This document shows positions 24,671-36,619 of a stretch of DNA of 64,000 nucleotides, one piece after another. Every line of letters starts with the position of its first letter. Position 1 is the stretch's first letter. A program made the position numbers and the translations under genes. The notes under the pieces were generated by a model that worked only from the letters and a program-made list of their open reading frames with translations, was not told the DNA's origin and made no database searches. The stretch is from the NCBI GenBank assembly GCA_000091205.1, contig AP006490.2. One strand, written 5' to 3'. This stretch comes from Cyanidioschyzon merolae. Taxonomy: Eukaryota.

Positions 24671-25939
24671 ATGTTCGTTGGTGCACCTTTCTACGGTGTT
24701 GGCAGCTTTGGTCCATTCGACGAAGGACGTTTGCAGAGCCCACAGCGAGGCTTCCGAACGCGCACCCGTCGTGCGGGGCACTGCAGCGTACGCACGCTTG
24801 CGCTTCAGGCGAGCGGACCGCACAGAGCGCGCAGCTCGCGCAAGAAGACGAAACGGAGAGCAAGTCAAACCGAAGGATCCACCGAAGAGTTTGAAATAAC
24901 GGATATACCTCTGAGCAACTTCAGCTTTATTCAAGCGGACGGCAGTGTGGACTGGGAGCGGTTTGAAACCTTCTCCAGCCGCAGCTGGGAGGAGACCCAA
25001 ACGGTAGTTCGGGAGGTACCAGAAGACCTTCCATTAAACGCTGATCCTGACGTGATTCAGGCTAGTGACGAGCAAACGACGGAGCTAGGCGCTGGACCTG
25101 GTCCAGCGGCACTGACGCTGTCACGGGACGAGCTCCAGTCTCCGGGGAAGTATGAGCGGATTACGAGCCTAGGTGCGCTTGGCGTTATCGCACGTGACGG
25201 CCTGGTCGAACCGCTGGATACGGCCGCTCGAGCGTTGCGCGAGCAGGAACTCGTCTATGTGACGTTCAGTGTCTCGCTTGAGCGAGACGGGGATGCATTT
25301 GTGCGAGGTCGTGTCCGCACTCGCTTTCGGAATGAGAGCTGTGATCGATGTGCAACTCGCTTGGAGATGGAGGTCCGCAGTTCGTTTGACGTTTGGATGG
25401 CGTCTCGTGAGGACGCCGTTCCCAACGCCGAAGCCGGCGATCCGCGCATCGAGGAAGCCATCGAGCCTTTCCATGCTGGTATTGAGGCGGTCGACTTTAC
25501 CAAGCATGTCCGGGAAGCCATATGGTTGGGCATTCCCTCTCGGGTGCTTTGCGCAGACCAGCAGTTATGTCGGACGCGGATGCAGCAGATAGGTTGGCAG
25601 TTTTCCGGCAACAGTGGGGACGCCACCATCCAAAACTTTGGGCCTGACGACCTGGTGACTCGAAACCAGCAGCGGTCGCCATCGGTAATCCCTCAGAAAG
25701 ATGCCCGGAAAAGTTCAAAGAAAAAAGAGATCCAACCAGGACAGCGACAACCGCAGACTACAACTCAGGCGATGGCTGTCGACACACGAACACTGCGGAG
25801 CCTGGCAGCGCGCAACCCAGAAGCTGCCAAAAAGCTCTCCGAAATACGAGAGCGCCTGCTCTCCGGTGAAAATGAACAGCAGACGCCGCCCAGATCGCCG
25901 TCGTCGGAGGGCCCTCATGAGTCACACCCTAGAATATGA
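24671..25939 (+). CDS. DUF177 / YceD-like protein (candidate plastid rRNA-accumulation factor)
   Basis: Shows VRGRVRTRFRNESCDRCATRLEMEV...DVW...EEAIEP...AVDFTKHVREAIWLGIPSRVLCADQQLC, which matches the DUF177 pattern (the C.RC block and the L..P...LC tail). It has a long N-terminal extension and a charged C-terminal tail. Confidence 0.55.
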   Translation: MFVGAPFYGVGSFGPFDEGRLQSPQRGFRTRTRRAGHCSVRTLALQASGPHRARSSRKKTKRRASQTEGSTEEFEITDIPLSNFSFIQADGSVDWERFETFSSRSWEETQTVVREVPEDLPLNADPDVIQASDEQTTELGAGPGPAALTLSRDELQSPGKYERITSLGALGVIARDGLVEPLDTAARALREQELVYVTFSVSLERDGDAFVRGRVRTRFRNESCDRCATRLEMEVRSSFDVWMASREDAVPNAEAGDPRIEEAIEPFHAGIEAVDFTKHVREAIWLGIPSRVLCADQQLCRTRMQQIGWQFSGNSGDATIQNFGPDDLVTRNQQRSPSVIPQKDARKSSKKKEIQPGQRQPQTTTQAMAVDTRTLRSLAARNPEAAKKLSEIRERLLSGENEQQTPPRSPSSEGPHESHPRI

Positions 25940-26139
25940 GTGCATTTCGCTGCCGACACCGACCCGTCACCACCCTTCCATGGACCGTTTCGATTGCGAG
26001 TAGTGGAGAGCACCTGTTTCATCAATACAGCAGCGGTTACCTTGTCGAGATGTACCAGACCTGCAATAGATCAGTTTGCGAGCAGGCAACTCGGATCATT
26101 TATCAATCTACCTCTGTGAACGGAACTCTGAGGTGAATA

Positions 26140-27355
26140 TTTGAGAGCACCTGCTCGGTTATTCGTTGCGAACACACGGGCTCAGTTTCGCGACGCTACC
26201 AGGCGCGTCGGCACGAACGCACCAGCAGCCACTGGTGCTGCGAGTCGCTGGAACGGGTGCAATTGCCGTTATTCAATAACCATAAACGAATGCCAAGCGT
26301 TTCAGGATCCACGCAAGGAGCTTTCCCTAGAGCAACGCATGTTGTACATGAAAACCGGAAATATAAGCGCTCCCTTTGGACCATGGTCTTCATTTTACTC
26401 GTGCTAGACTAGATCGGGACATGTCCGATACCTCGGGCCTATGATCTCGTATTGGGGTCTCTTGTTATTGTCATCAAAACTGGCCTTTTGGGGCTTTTTC
26501 TGTGACTGCTTCCGTTTTCACGATCTCTTAGCTCCGGATTTCTAAACGCAGGTCACTCCTGTCGCATTAGGTCCGCAATCTCTAACCAACGGGTGTTGAA
26601 GGCAGTTGTCAAGTCCCGATTACGCCACTTCAGGCTACCATCAACGCTTTTTTAACGCACGTGGAGGGTATAGTTGGGATCTCTGAACCGCTTGCCATTT
26701 CCTTTTTCTCTGGATACAGCGTCAAAGCGCCTTTCGCAGCGGTGACACGTGACCGTGTTCAGATGTTCCCGCATATCCATTGTAGCTCCGGCTTCGGTCG
26801 CCGTCCTGTGGCGCGTCAACGCTTGCTTCATCGTTCTGCGAATGCGCTTGACGAGTACGGAACGCAACCCTGGATGACCTGTTTCGTTTCCGCGCCCGAT
26901 ACCGTGCCCGAGAATCATCGGGGTCTGCTGGGCGAGCCTATCGCCGCGTACGCTACCCGCTGCACACGCTAGTGTATGCAGTTCGATTCGATTCAGGATT
27001 TGTGGGACGTGATGTTGTTCACAATGAAATCTGTACTAGGAAGAGAACTCCGGCTGGAGCATTCGTCTGGAAATTTCGATACGTCTACGCAATCTATTCG
27101 CGCACAACGGCAACGAACTCTCCACTGAAAACAAACCCTACAATGACGAAAACCGTGGCCCCAAATCCTTCTCCTCGGCAACAACAGAAGAGGTGGGAGC
27201 CTCTGGGGACGTGTCCCCGGACAGGTGTCACGTTACTGCTGTCGAATGCAGTTTCGTCGATGGCCACAAATCAGAAGAGGATTTGTCTTCTGAACGAGGT
27301 CGATAATTATTTGATTCGAGAATTTTTGTGAACTTTCGGCATGAGCTCGTAAAAA
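26140..27355 (+). mobile_element. TnpB/Fanzor-like element, family 2, copy b (degenerate); inverted partner of 16740-17950
   Basis: ORFs 26141-26407, 26661-26972 and 26972-27331 (+) match copy a. Shared segments include RRVGTNAPAATGAAS/RRTIGAAQGPTGCDA, APFAAVT...RLLHRSANALDEYG, TVPENHRGLLGE and a C-terminal GVTLLLSNAVSSMATN. The stop is TGA at 27329-27331, followed by the conserved tail gtgaactttcggcatgagct. Confidence 0.4.
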
Positions 27356-28481
27356 AGACGTCAAGCATTTCTACTCGTCAATGCAGTGGCTTGAATTGCC
27401 GCACCCACCAGTTGCCTTGGAAGAGAAACATTGAAATCCTGAAAAATGCATGATTTGAGCACACTACGCCAAAGACAAGGAGAAGAGCCGAGGATTCCGC
27501 ATGTGAATAGGATGACGATGTCTGCTGTTTTATGAACAGCTATTCGAGGGCGTCACGAATCATCCTCTTTCTGCTGAAGCAACGATATCCAGCGGCAAAG
27601 CGTCTTAGGGGCCAACCCGAACGCACAACCGAGAATCCTAAAATACTCATGAATCCGTAGGCCCTTGTTCCTGCTATTCGAACATCGAGGCTGTGCATGA
27701 AAAAAAAAACTACGCAAAAGAATCGAAAGACATGAAAACAGCGATCCGTTCAGAGTCCCATTTTAACCTGAACCCAGTTTTGTGCACCCAATATTCAAGA
27801 GGATCACGATCTCTTCCGACGATTGATGAGCTGCCTCTCCGGGACAGCATGCTTGCATACGAAAGCACGGAAATGTACACATATTCATATTTTCATGCGC
27901 GTGCATACACACGATGAATCCACCGCCCTCTCCGCAAACCTAGTACAGACAGCACGACATTTGACCTGGTGCATTTTGCCTTCGACGAAGAGACCGCTGG
28001 AGCTTACCGGGGCATTCTAGACTCCCGTAGCGCACGGCGTCTGATGCACCCGAGTTCTCAACAACGGGTCGGTGCGATCAAGACCTTGTTCCTTTTGGCA
28101 CGTTCCAGATACCGCATGCTCTGAAAACACGGTATGATGCGCCTGTAAAAACGAGGGAGCCAGTTGGCTGCACGACGCTGCCGATGCATATAACAGCGCT
28201 CCGCAAAAATTATCTTTCGGGACAGTAGATCTTTGGCTGGCGACGGAGCCAACGCTATACGCAGATAAGCGCCGCATCGCAGCGCTCCGTCCACCGCAGG
28301 CTCTATCCATTGCAGAGTGTTCCGCGCCGTGTCTTCCGAGCCACAGAGTCTGTCCAGAAGCGTCTCTGAGCACAGATCATACGTCTGCGATATGCGGGTG
28401 CAGCAGCACGGCAACGATACCAGTGCAGCCGTGTCGCACTTCACAGCTAGAAACGTCAAGTATCCCATCTACTGCCGCTCT

Positions 28482-29558
28482 CTACAACGCAGTGTATCCC
28501 AGCACTCGACGGGCGAACTCGTAGACCCAAAGAGTGATCATCGTGTGCGGCCCTAATCGGACGTATGCTGGTACCCAGCCTTTCAAGAAGGCGAAGGCGC
28601 CTTCTTTTCTCCATATCTGTACCGCGCAGTCTAGCATGCCACGATAAGCACCACGACGCGAGCCCTGTTGCGTCGTTTTAATCACGTCGAATGCAGAACT
28701 CGAAGTTGTCGAGAAAAATCCAGCCATCATTGCCGAACTCAGAAAAACACGGGTATCTGTTGCGGGCCATCCGCTTATGTCCGCGATCTTTGTCTTCACG
28801 ACATCATAAAGTCCGACCTGAGTCGCGGTTATGGTCGCTGCTCGCACAGCAGTGGCACTAGCGCCATTCCAGAGGCCCCAGATGACGCCAAATCTGGAGG
28901 AGCCGGCGTGTGCTCGCCCTTCTGCGGCCATTTCTTGAAGTACTTGCCATGTGTTGCGACACGGATACCGTCCAGACTGCATACGTACCTTGGCAGCTTC
29001 GAACGGCGTTCCGACTAGTGCTCCGAGAGCACCGGAAGTAGCACCAGCGGCCAGTTTGACGAGGACCGGCGCAGAAGGTACCGAAGAGGCCTCGGGTACC
29101 GAGCCGGCATCTGCTGACGTGTACCTGAGGCGTCTTTCAAAGACGCCCGCATACCAGTCACGAATCGGCTGATAGAGACCTAAACGCACGCCAGAGTAGG
29201 TCAGTGCTCGCCAGAACGCGGCCTCCAGACCCGACCACAGAGCTAAAGGGCCCTCTTCCCGAATGATGCGGTAACCGGCGTGGAGCATCCCACGATACCG
29301 CTTTGTTGCCCGATGTGCCTCCACCGTTGAGGCGTCGCTGTGTTCACTACTATCCAATCTTTGCAGCTGTAGGCGCGCTTTAATCAAGTCAAAAGGAGCG
29401 GAAACGCAGGTTGCCGTTCCAGCCGCGAGCGATCCCACTGCAAGCTGCGCGAAGAGTCCCGGTTTGGAGCGCTGTTGATGCACCGCTTCGGTGCTCTGGC
29501 GAGCAACCGTACCATTTGAAGCCTCTGGAGCTTTCGTGGACGGAACCGTGCTTTGCAT
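28482..29558 (-). CDS. mitochondrial carrier family (SLC25) protein
   Basis: Shows three tandem carrier repeats with PFDLIKARLQ, PFEAAKVRMQ and AFDVIKTTQQ signatures, with six hydrophobic segments. The ATG is the rc of 29556-29558. Confidence 0.8.
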   Translation of the reverse strand: MQSTVPSTKAPEASNGTVARQSTEAVHQQRSKPGLFAQLAVGSLAAGTATCVSAPFDLIKARLQLQRLDSSEHSDASTVEAHRATKRYRGMLHAGYRIIREEGPLALWSGLEAAFWRALTYSGVRLGLYQPIRDWYAGVFERRLRYTSADAGSVPEASSVPSAPVLVKLAAGATSGALGALVGTPFEAAKVRMQSGRYPCRNTWQVLQEMAAEGRAHAGSSRFGVIWGLWNGASATAVRAATITATQVGLYDVVKTKIADISGWPATDTRVFLSSAMMAGFFSTTSSSAFDVIKTTQQGSRRGAYRGMLDCAVQIWRKEGAFAFLKGWVPAYVRLGPHTMITLWVYEFARRVLGYTAL

Positions 29559-32500
29559 AAGGTATTGGGGCCAGTGTGCTATTCGAGGCTGGGGATTTCA
29601 CCGTGAGCTGTGATACTCGTCTCCTGGAAAAGGTACCAGAGCGTAAACGATACGTTCGCGCGAGCACCGCAGCCTCGCCTGTTTTTGACGAATTATACAA
29701 AATACCGCTCCCTGAATCAAAGGAAAAAGTCGCCGGATAAATACACCGAAGCAGTGCCTTTAAATATCAAGAGTAAAGGAAAAGATCAGCTTGCTTTTCA
29801 GACCATGAGACTCGAAAACTGGTGTTCCGTACGTTGCGGCGAAGCGAAACGCAGTGGCACCGCACGCGCACGGACTGCGGGGCGAACTTCCGCGGAGTAC
29901 GTGCGCACCATGCCCAGAGCCAGTTGTAGACTTGATCAATCCAAGGCGTTTTTTCACGAAGCAGGCTGAAAATTTTCTCCTGATGCTATCCTTAATTTGA
30001 TTTGTGGCAGCGTGCTTGCATATAGCGGTTGCATCCAAGTGGTGCACAACACGGTTTATGTTTCCTTGGGTTGCGGAGCTGCGCTGGCGTTGTGGCGCGC
30101 TCGGTTGCTTTCCTCAGCACGAAACTTCGAGAAACAACTCAAAACGCCGTATTGTCAGATGAAAAAAAAAAGCAGCAACATGGGCTTGTCGAGCGCCTGG
30201 ATTGAGTCCGCTCTGTCATTTTCGTCGCTGTGTTTAGACGATGCAGGGCCGAACGTCATTGGAGTGAGAAGAGCCCTCCGACGATGACATTGCGACTGAT
30301 GCCGCGAACTTGTGTGCGACATCGCCTACTCCGCTCCCGAGCGCGCCATAAAATCCTGAATTTCTTTGGAATTTGTGCTTGTGAATTGCACGTGGGTAAA
30401 AGCGCTGTGTCGAGGCCCAGGTTTTCCACAGCGGAGGTGCAGTGCAGGCACACCCAGGACCCGTTGTTGCTTGCGAAGCCACGCGCAGAGCATTCGGTCC
30501 ACTCCAGATGCCGGCACGTTTGCACTCTGCTGAATGCAGTAGGAGGAAGGCGCAGCTGACTCGGCTCTTGTCATGCAAAGAAACGATTCTTGGGGTGTCT
30601 CTGAGAGACGGACACGCATGCTCTGTTCTGCGTATCTTGCAGTGTGGTGTCTGATGCTCTGGACAGCGCATGATGCAGTATCTCTACCAGAATGCCTTTA
30701 TCGCCTTTCGTCGTTTTGTCGCAGGTATCCAACAGAAGGAATGTATCCTGTAGATTGTGGACAGGTGGAGGACGGACTTTTGTCTGACGCAGCTGGCTTG
30801 CAAAAAACCGTCTTAGTTGTACTATTCAGTAACTCTGAGCTCAGCAGGTGAACGCGCCGCCTTGCTCGTTGTCCTCGTTCTGAAAATGTCAAATTCGAAA
30901 CGTAACTTGTTTAATTCTGTCTCCGGGACTGTTTCCTCGTAACTCCAGTCCGATTCGTTTTTCTCAAAGGAATACGACAAAAGAACTTGCAGGATGGAAA
31001 GTTTTTGGACTGTTGATTCGAATCGTGATGACGAGCCGCGGATGCACAAAGGAACAGGTGCGCTTCCCAGGAGACGATTGTACCTTAAACAGCATGGAAT
31101 CGACTTGGAACTAGGAACGGAAACGCATACGACGCAAGGGACAGGTGTTCATCCCGCTCGATTATTGGTCATTTGGGAGAATTCTGCGACCGATATACGC
31201 GTATCCGAAGCGACAGAGACCTTGTCCCGTCAAGAGGAGACAAGCGAGCGTGATGCCAATATCAGCGCTGGTGGTCATTGAAACGGGTGGTCGCCTACCA
31301 GTCGCCAGATGGACAGAATCATTCTACACCGCATGCTTCGTCGAAGCACCTCTTGGACTCTTCTCAGCCGATTCCTCTGCCCTTGCCTCAGACAGTGTCG
31401 CTTTCCATCACTCAAAAGAAGTGAAGGAGCGCGCAGCTGACCCTGGCTTTAGGACGCTCTTCGTGTCAGTCTTTTCTGCCCCTGATGGAATCCAGTCGAA
31501 TGCGATTTGTCCGTCGTTACGCGCCGTTTTGGTGCCCAGGGATCAATCGGCATTTCGTTCGCATCCGTAACACCGTTCTTCGATCAGTGGCTCTCTATTG
31601 TCGGGAGCCCTGGGCTGCCCTGCTACCTCTCTACCCAACCGCGGGAGCCAGTGGAGAGCAGCGCTTCGGTCCATGGGCTTGCTCGCGACAGAGAAAGGAA
31701 CAAAAGTACCTGAGGAATCGTCAATAGGTGCATATACGGAAAAGGCGAGTTTCAGGCGCAGCATCAATCCATTGCGTCTAAATTCCGGGGAAAGAGATTG
31801 CGTAGCGTTTAGCGAACACATCCATGATAACACGCAGGTAAAGGAGATGACAAAGACATCGATGAACTCTGTGAGCAGCGATGGAGCATGAGCGCGACCT
31901 TGCGTCGAGCCGTGGCAGAACTCGTTTAAGGTTTCTCGGTTACCGGGAGAAAATACAAAAAATTTACAGGTTCGATGGAGATCACCAGAATATCAATCTG
32001 CTCGCACTTTGTGACATCTAGGCCTGTATCGGGCAGCGCGACTTATTTTGCAAACGTTCAAGGTAGATGAAGTGAAAGACTTGGTCGTGGGGATGCATTC
32101 CGGGCCGAAAGCGCGAAACTGCCGGTGCGGTATCCCAAAGTCGTGAGGAAGGAGCCAAACCCCTGAACGTAAACCAGAGGGAGCTATCCAGCATTTGCAT
32201 TGCCCGGTATGATCGCGAGTTGGGCATCACGGATGCGCGAAGGCATAGCAAGGAGTGGAATGATGGCATCAGGGCCTCGTTCGTATGCTCTGAGCACCGT
32301 ATCGAGCTAAGAGGTACGCTGTGTACGATTCATTCAGTGGGCACAAGGCATGTCCATGGCTCATGTGGACGAACTTTGGTTGAAGCATATAGGACGGCGC
32401 TGGGGTCACCAACGCTTGCGGTTGGACAGAGACAGGAGGCACGCACTCGCGCCCTTCTTCGATGAGCTGGAAACCGACTTGACCGATACCTGGCGTTGTT

Positions 32501-33985
32501 TCGTGAGAGCGCATAGCGCTGGACGGGCTGTAGCGTGCAAACGCTGCACTCCTGGTTTCATCGACGAGGTCCTCTAACGAGTGCAGGAATCAATTCTATT
32601 CGATGCCCATCGATGTGTTCACGACGACGCGTATGCGTTAAGAGTCCGAATGCAGGCTGAAACCGCAATACTAGAATAGCACGAAACACAGCCGGATGCG
32701 TTGGATGGTGCGTGATACACGCAGCAAATTTCTGATGGAGAGGCAGTCGCAGATGAGCCGCTTGCCACGGTGTGATGCCGCAAACCACCACGCGTACAAG
32801 CACTATCTGCATCCAGACTCGAGCGCCGCGATCAACATCCGGAATTGTCTCGAGCCTCGGCAGCGTCCAATGACTTGGCGAATTTTCGAGCGAATCGTTT
32901 CGTGCTCACCGTTGGCACTATGCTGAGACGCCGCGGATCGTAGAAGAAAAGATTAGTCATCAAGAAAGGCAGGCTTCGATTCTCGCCCACAGCTCGACAA
33001 TGCCATGGTACCGTCCAGCGATCCAGCAATGCTCGAGCGCCGCCCATATGTACACGAACCTCAAGGGCAAGTGGTGAAAAACAGCAGTGTCCTGGCATTC
33101 GAAATTAGTCAGTATACGCGGATCCTCTGGGATGATATTACCTGTGTTGACGATAATGCTGGATGAAAAACGAGTGCACCAGCGAGAGAGAACGATCATC
33201 ATGCATACGCACGGAAACGCAGTACCGCAAGGCACAGCGCTTTTCTACCGACGTGTCGTCGATCACGGGTAGACCTTGACCTAGCCAACGGGTGCTAGCG
33301 TTGCCTCCAGTCCAACCAATTCGTCACCGAAAATACCGGGACTTGGCCTCGTGCAAGCACTGAGAGTCACTTGGGGCTAGCATTGACCGCGAGCATGTTC
33401 ACGACCATACCGCATTCCTAGAGTGAACGATGCCTGCTTGAATGATCTGTTCTCTAAAATCTACCTCCCTTGTACTCCATCAACGAAACTGGTCCCTACT
33501 TCTGTATGTGTTCTTCTCTGTCAATCTTCGACTCGTATCCAGCTGCTGACATGAATGCAGTTGCGAACACAGGCAGAGTGCATGCGACCCAAGCCCGCTC
33601 GCTGCCGCATGCTCGTTCGCTTCGTCATCATCATCATCAGCGACATCGACATCAGCCTCTTGACACGACCTACAGGCTTCTACACTGAACCTGGTGCCGT
33701 TGTTGCACGGTGCTGGCCTAGTGGTGTTCCCGAGTATATCGGGGCGTGCTTGCATTAGTACCTTTTTAACTGCGCACAAGCCCGTGAGAGGCCCGGCGCT
33801 GTCGCCATAGACGCACGACACCTGAAACGTCCAGTCGAGAGCACGTCGTGTGACAAGTGCTCAGAGCGCTGCTCGCGAGGTTGATGTTTGGTCTTGACCT
33901 GGCCAATGTCTCCTCTTTGTGTTGCTCAGCTTCGATCAGTGCATGGATGATGCTTTTCGTTCGAGTCATGCGTATGGTGTATTGT

Positions 33986-36619
33986 ATGCTAGCCGCGCAA
34001 CGACACGCTCCCTCAACAGGAGCCCAAGCAGGAAACATATGCAAGAAGTCAACGCGTTCCGTTCGACTGCTGCTACTACTGCTGCTCTGTTCTAGTCTGA
34101 TGGACCCACAAAGCGCTCCCGGCCACGGAACAGTGGTCAACAACGGTCTGTACCTGTTTAGAGAGGCTTATACACCGACTCCGCACGACTCACCCGAGTT
34201 TCCGAACGCAACGCTGCCGTCGGCATGGAAGCGCTTCAACTACCATACCTATAGCAGCATGGTGATCACGCTAGCACGCTTAGCGTATTCATATCCTGCT
34301 TTTGCTCGTCTGTACACGACACAGGCAGCATTTGGACTACCAGCAGCTGGCGAATCATGTTCTATCGACACGCACCAACCCATGAGCCAAGAGGCGTTAA
34401 CGGGACTCGACCAGAAGCAGCGCCTCGCTGTAAAGCGCCTCATCGAAGAGCTTCGCACCCAGGATGGTCTGTCACGCAACGCTTGCCGTGTATGGGTACT
34501 CGAGATCGCCGACAGGTCTTCGGTTGCCCAGGGATCCGTCGGAAGCGTGCTGGATCCTCCAGCGATTCTCATTTCTGGTGCATTGCACGGTGATGAGCGC
34601 ATTGGCCCGACTGCGGTTACAGAGCTTGCACGCGTGCTCCTCGAAGCAAGCCGGCTGCCTGCGGGTTCAGTGGACACTCATCGTTGGCGCGCCTCAGCTG
34701 CCGAAGAAGCCGACGGATCCATTTTCGGTAGCACTGCGGGTTCGCTGTCCTCGTGGCTGCGTTTCCTGGTCGGACACCGACGTATCACCATTGTGCCTGC
34801 AGCCAATGCGATAGGGTTCGCGCTCGGCGAACGCACCGAACTGGGTGTCGATCCAAATCGGGACTTTCCCTGGAATCAGCCATACGGGGCGTCATGTTTG
34901 GAAAGCGTTGCCGCTCGCTCCATTCATGAACTCGTTTTAGCAAATACTTACCAAATGATGCTGACGTTTCACGGTGGAACAACGGTAATTGGTTACGAAT
35001 GGGGCGACCTGACGCATTGCCCTGAGCAGCAGTATTGCCGTCGCAACTCGCCAGCCCCAGATATAATTGCCATGCAAACGATTGCTTACGCTTTGCGATT
35101 GCATGCGGGGAACGGGACGCGTTATGGGGCGCGACCCTTTGACATCGGGACAATGGGCGATACCGTTTATCCGGTGGCAGGTGGAATGGAGGACTGGGCG
35201 TACGGCGCATCGGCCCCGGTGCAGACGTCACTTGTCTCGATTTGTAACGCGAGCCGATACGGCGGCTATGCACCCGTTAAAGTGCAGGCAGTGCGGCAGC
35301 TCCCCGTAGCGCGCATGATTGCCCTGCTCATCGAAACCGCTGATGATAAGCAACCTTCTGTGGAGACATTGGGCGTTCGACCGTTGGGCGCTGCCGGCAA
35401 TGCCCCCTGGCAGGCCGACGTTCGACTCATCACCGAAACGCCAACAGTGTCCGCGGATGGCTCGGAGTCAGATTCTGAACTGGTTGTCGAAGGGCACGTG
35501 TGGCGGAACTTGCGCCTCGCACTCCAGGCTATCGATATCCTGCAACCGTATGCGGCATTCACACGGTATCCCGGCGATGGACGAACGCAAGCAGCGGACA
35601 ACGCGACGGCCGCATCAATAGTCTGTTGGCGGGTCGGTGGAGCATACCACGTTGCTGAGACGCAGTTGCAAGGATGGTACGACTCTGGGGCTGCAGCGAG
35701 GATACGGCAGAATCAGGACAGTGCCCCGGACTTTGTGAGCGAGGCCTTCATAGACGCGTCTCCCGATCCGGTACCTTTCTTTCCAGCTGTTCGACTAGGA
35801 CAGGGTACCCGCTGGTCTCCTGATAATCATGGAGGTCGCGAGTTTTGTGTGAACCTCCAGCAGCAGCAGCAGCAGCAGCAGCAACCGTTCACCGGAGCAA
35901 AGCGTCCGCCACGGGGCTCCAGCATCCTGCTGCGCGTGCGCTTCCAGGCCGACGTCGACTGGGGTCGCTTACCGCCGAGTACGCTCGGAGCGCAGCCACC
36001 AAACACCAGGCCCTGGAGTTTTCTCGCCCAAAGTCGTGTGGAGTACAACTCTAACTCCACTAAATTTGCTGACGAGCGTCCGTCCACGTCCGAAGAAGAC
36101 GGTGTCGCTCGGGGCACAAACTGGTTCTCACGTGGACTCCACTGCCGAGCGTCTGAGGTGAGCACAGGGCATCAGCCGCAAGTCTGGACCTGCGTGCACA
36201 GTGAAGTCGCTAGAGGAACCGAATTAGGCGAGTCAGGGGCCATGTCCGGCTGGAGCAAGCTTTTGTTGGCGATCTCCGTCTTCCTCCTGGCGCCAGGGTC
36301 GTTTCCGCTGCTCCTGTTTCTCAGCTTTCTACTTTGGCGTCTGGTGCGAGGCCAGTCTGTGCATCCCGCTGAGGTATGGTTTGAGGCACGTCAACGAATG
36401 GAGATGTGGATGCAGGGACTAAGGGCGTTGGGACGGGCGCGAGGCCCAAGTGGAACTCGAGTTTCTGGGTCGTTTGCGCGTTCCACTGACCTCGACGACA
36501 CGAAACGCCGTATGCTTTCGCCGACAGCCAGCAGCGCCGCCGCAGCCGAGCGAGACGCTAGCAGCAGTGCACATGACCTGGACTTGGAGGCGAGCACGCG
36601 GCGCCCAGACAGGCCCTGA
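33986..36619 (+). CDS. M14 metallocarboxypeptidase-like protein with poly-Gln tract and C-terminal hydrophobic anchor (start uncertain: 33857 GTG, 33884 ATG or 33986 ATG)
   Basis: Shows M14 blocks: ILISGALHGDERIG (Zn-binding HxxE), NRDFPWN, LTFHGGTTVIGYEWGD, AGGMEDWAYG and ALLIETADD (catalytic Glu block). A signal-peptide-like run RSVRLLLLLLLCSSL follows the ATG at 33986. A (CAG)9-10 run encodes Q9 at 35858-35890. A TM-like LLLAISVFLLAPGSFPLLLFLSFLLW lies near the C-terminus. Confidence 0.7.
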   Translation: MLAAQRHAPSTGAQAGNICKKSTRSVRLLLLLLLCSSLMDPQSAPGHGTVVNNGLYLFREAYTPTPHDSPEFPNATLPSAWKRFNYHTYSSMVITLARLAYSYPAFARLYTTQAAFGLPAAGESCSIDTHQPMSQEALTGLDQKQRLAVKRLIEELRTQDGLSRNACRVWVLEIADRSSVAQGSVGSVLDPPAILISGALHGDERIGPTAVTELARVLLEASRLPAGSVDTHRWRASAAEEADGSIFGSTAGSLSSWLRFLVGHRRITIVPAANAIGFALGERTELGVDPNRDFPWNQPYGASCLESVAARSIHELVLANTYQMMLTFHGGTTVIGYEWGDLTHCPEQQYCRRNSPAPDIIAMQTIAYALRLHAGNGTRYGARPFDIGTMGDTVYPVAGGMEDWAYGASAPVQTSLVSICNASRYGGYAPVKVQAVRQLPVARMIALLIETADDKQPSVETLGVRPLGAAGNAPWQADVRLITETPTVSADGSESDSELVVEGHVWRNLRLALQAIDILQPYAAFTRYPGDGRTQAADNATAASIVCWRVGGAYHVAETQLQGWYDSGAAARIRQNQDSAPDFVSEAFIDASPDPVPFFPAVRLGQGTRWSPDNHGGREFCVNLQQQQQQQQQPFTGAKRPPRGSSILLRVRFQADVDWGRLPPSTLGAQPPNTRPWSFLAQSRVEYNSNSTKFADERPSTSEEDGVARGTNWFSRGLHCRASEVSTGHQPQVWTCVHSEVARGTELGESGAMSGWSKLLLAISVFLLAPGSFPLLLFLSFLLWRLVRGQSVHPAEVWFEARQRMEMWMQGLRALGRARGPSGTRVSGSFARSTDLDDTKRRMLSPTASSAAAAERDASSSAHDLDLEASTRRPDRP
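35858..35890 (+). repeat. (CAG)9-10 trinucleotide repeat inside carboxypeptidase CDS (poly-Gln)
   Basis: Direct reading. Confidence 0.9.

Noticed and set aside
24419-25000. 193-aa - strand ORF overlapping the start of the DUF177 gene
   Set aside because: It is antisense to an ORF with a recognisable DUF177 signature, and its translation is Arg-rich.
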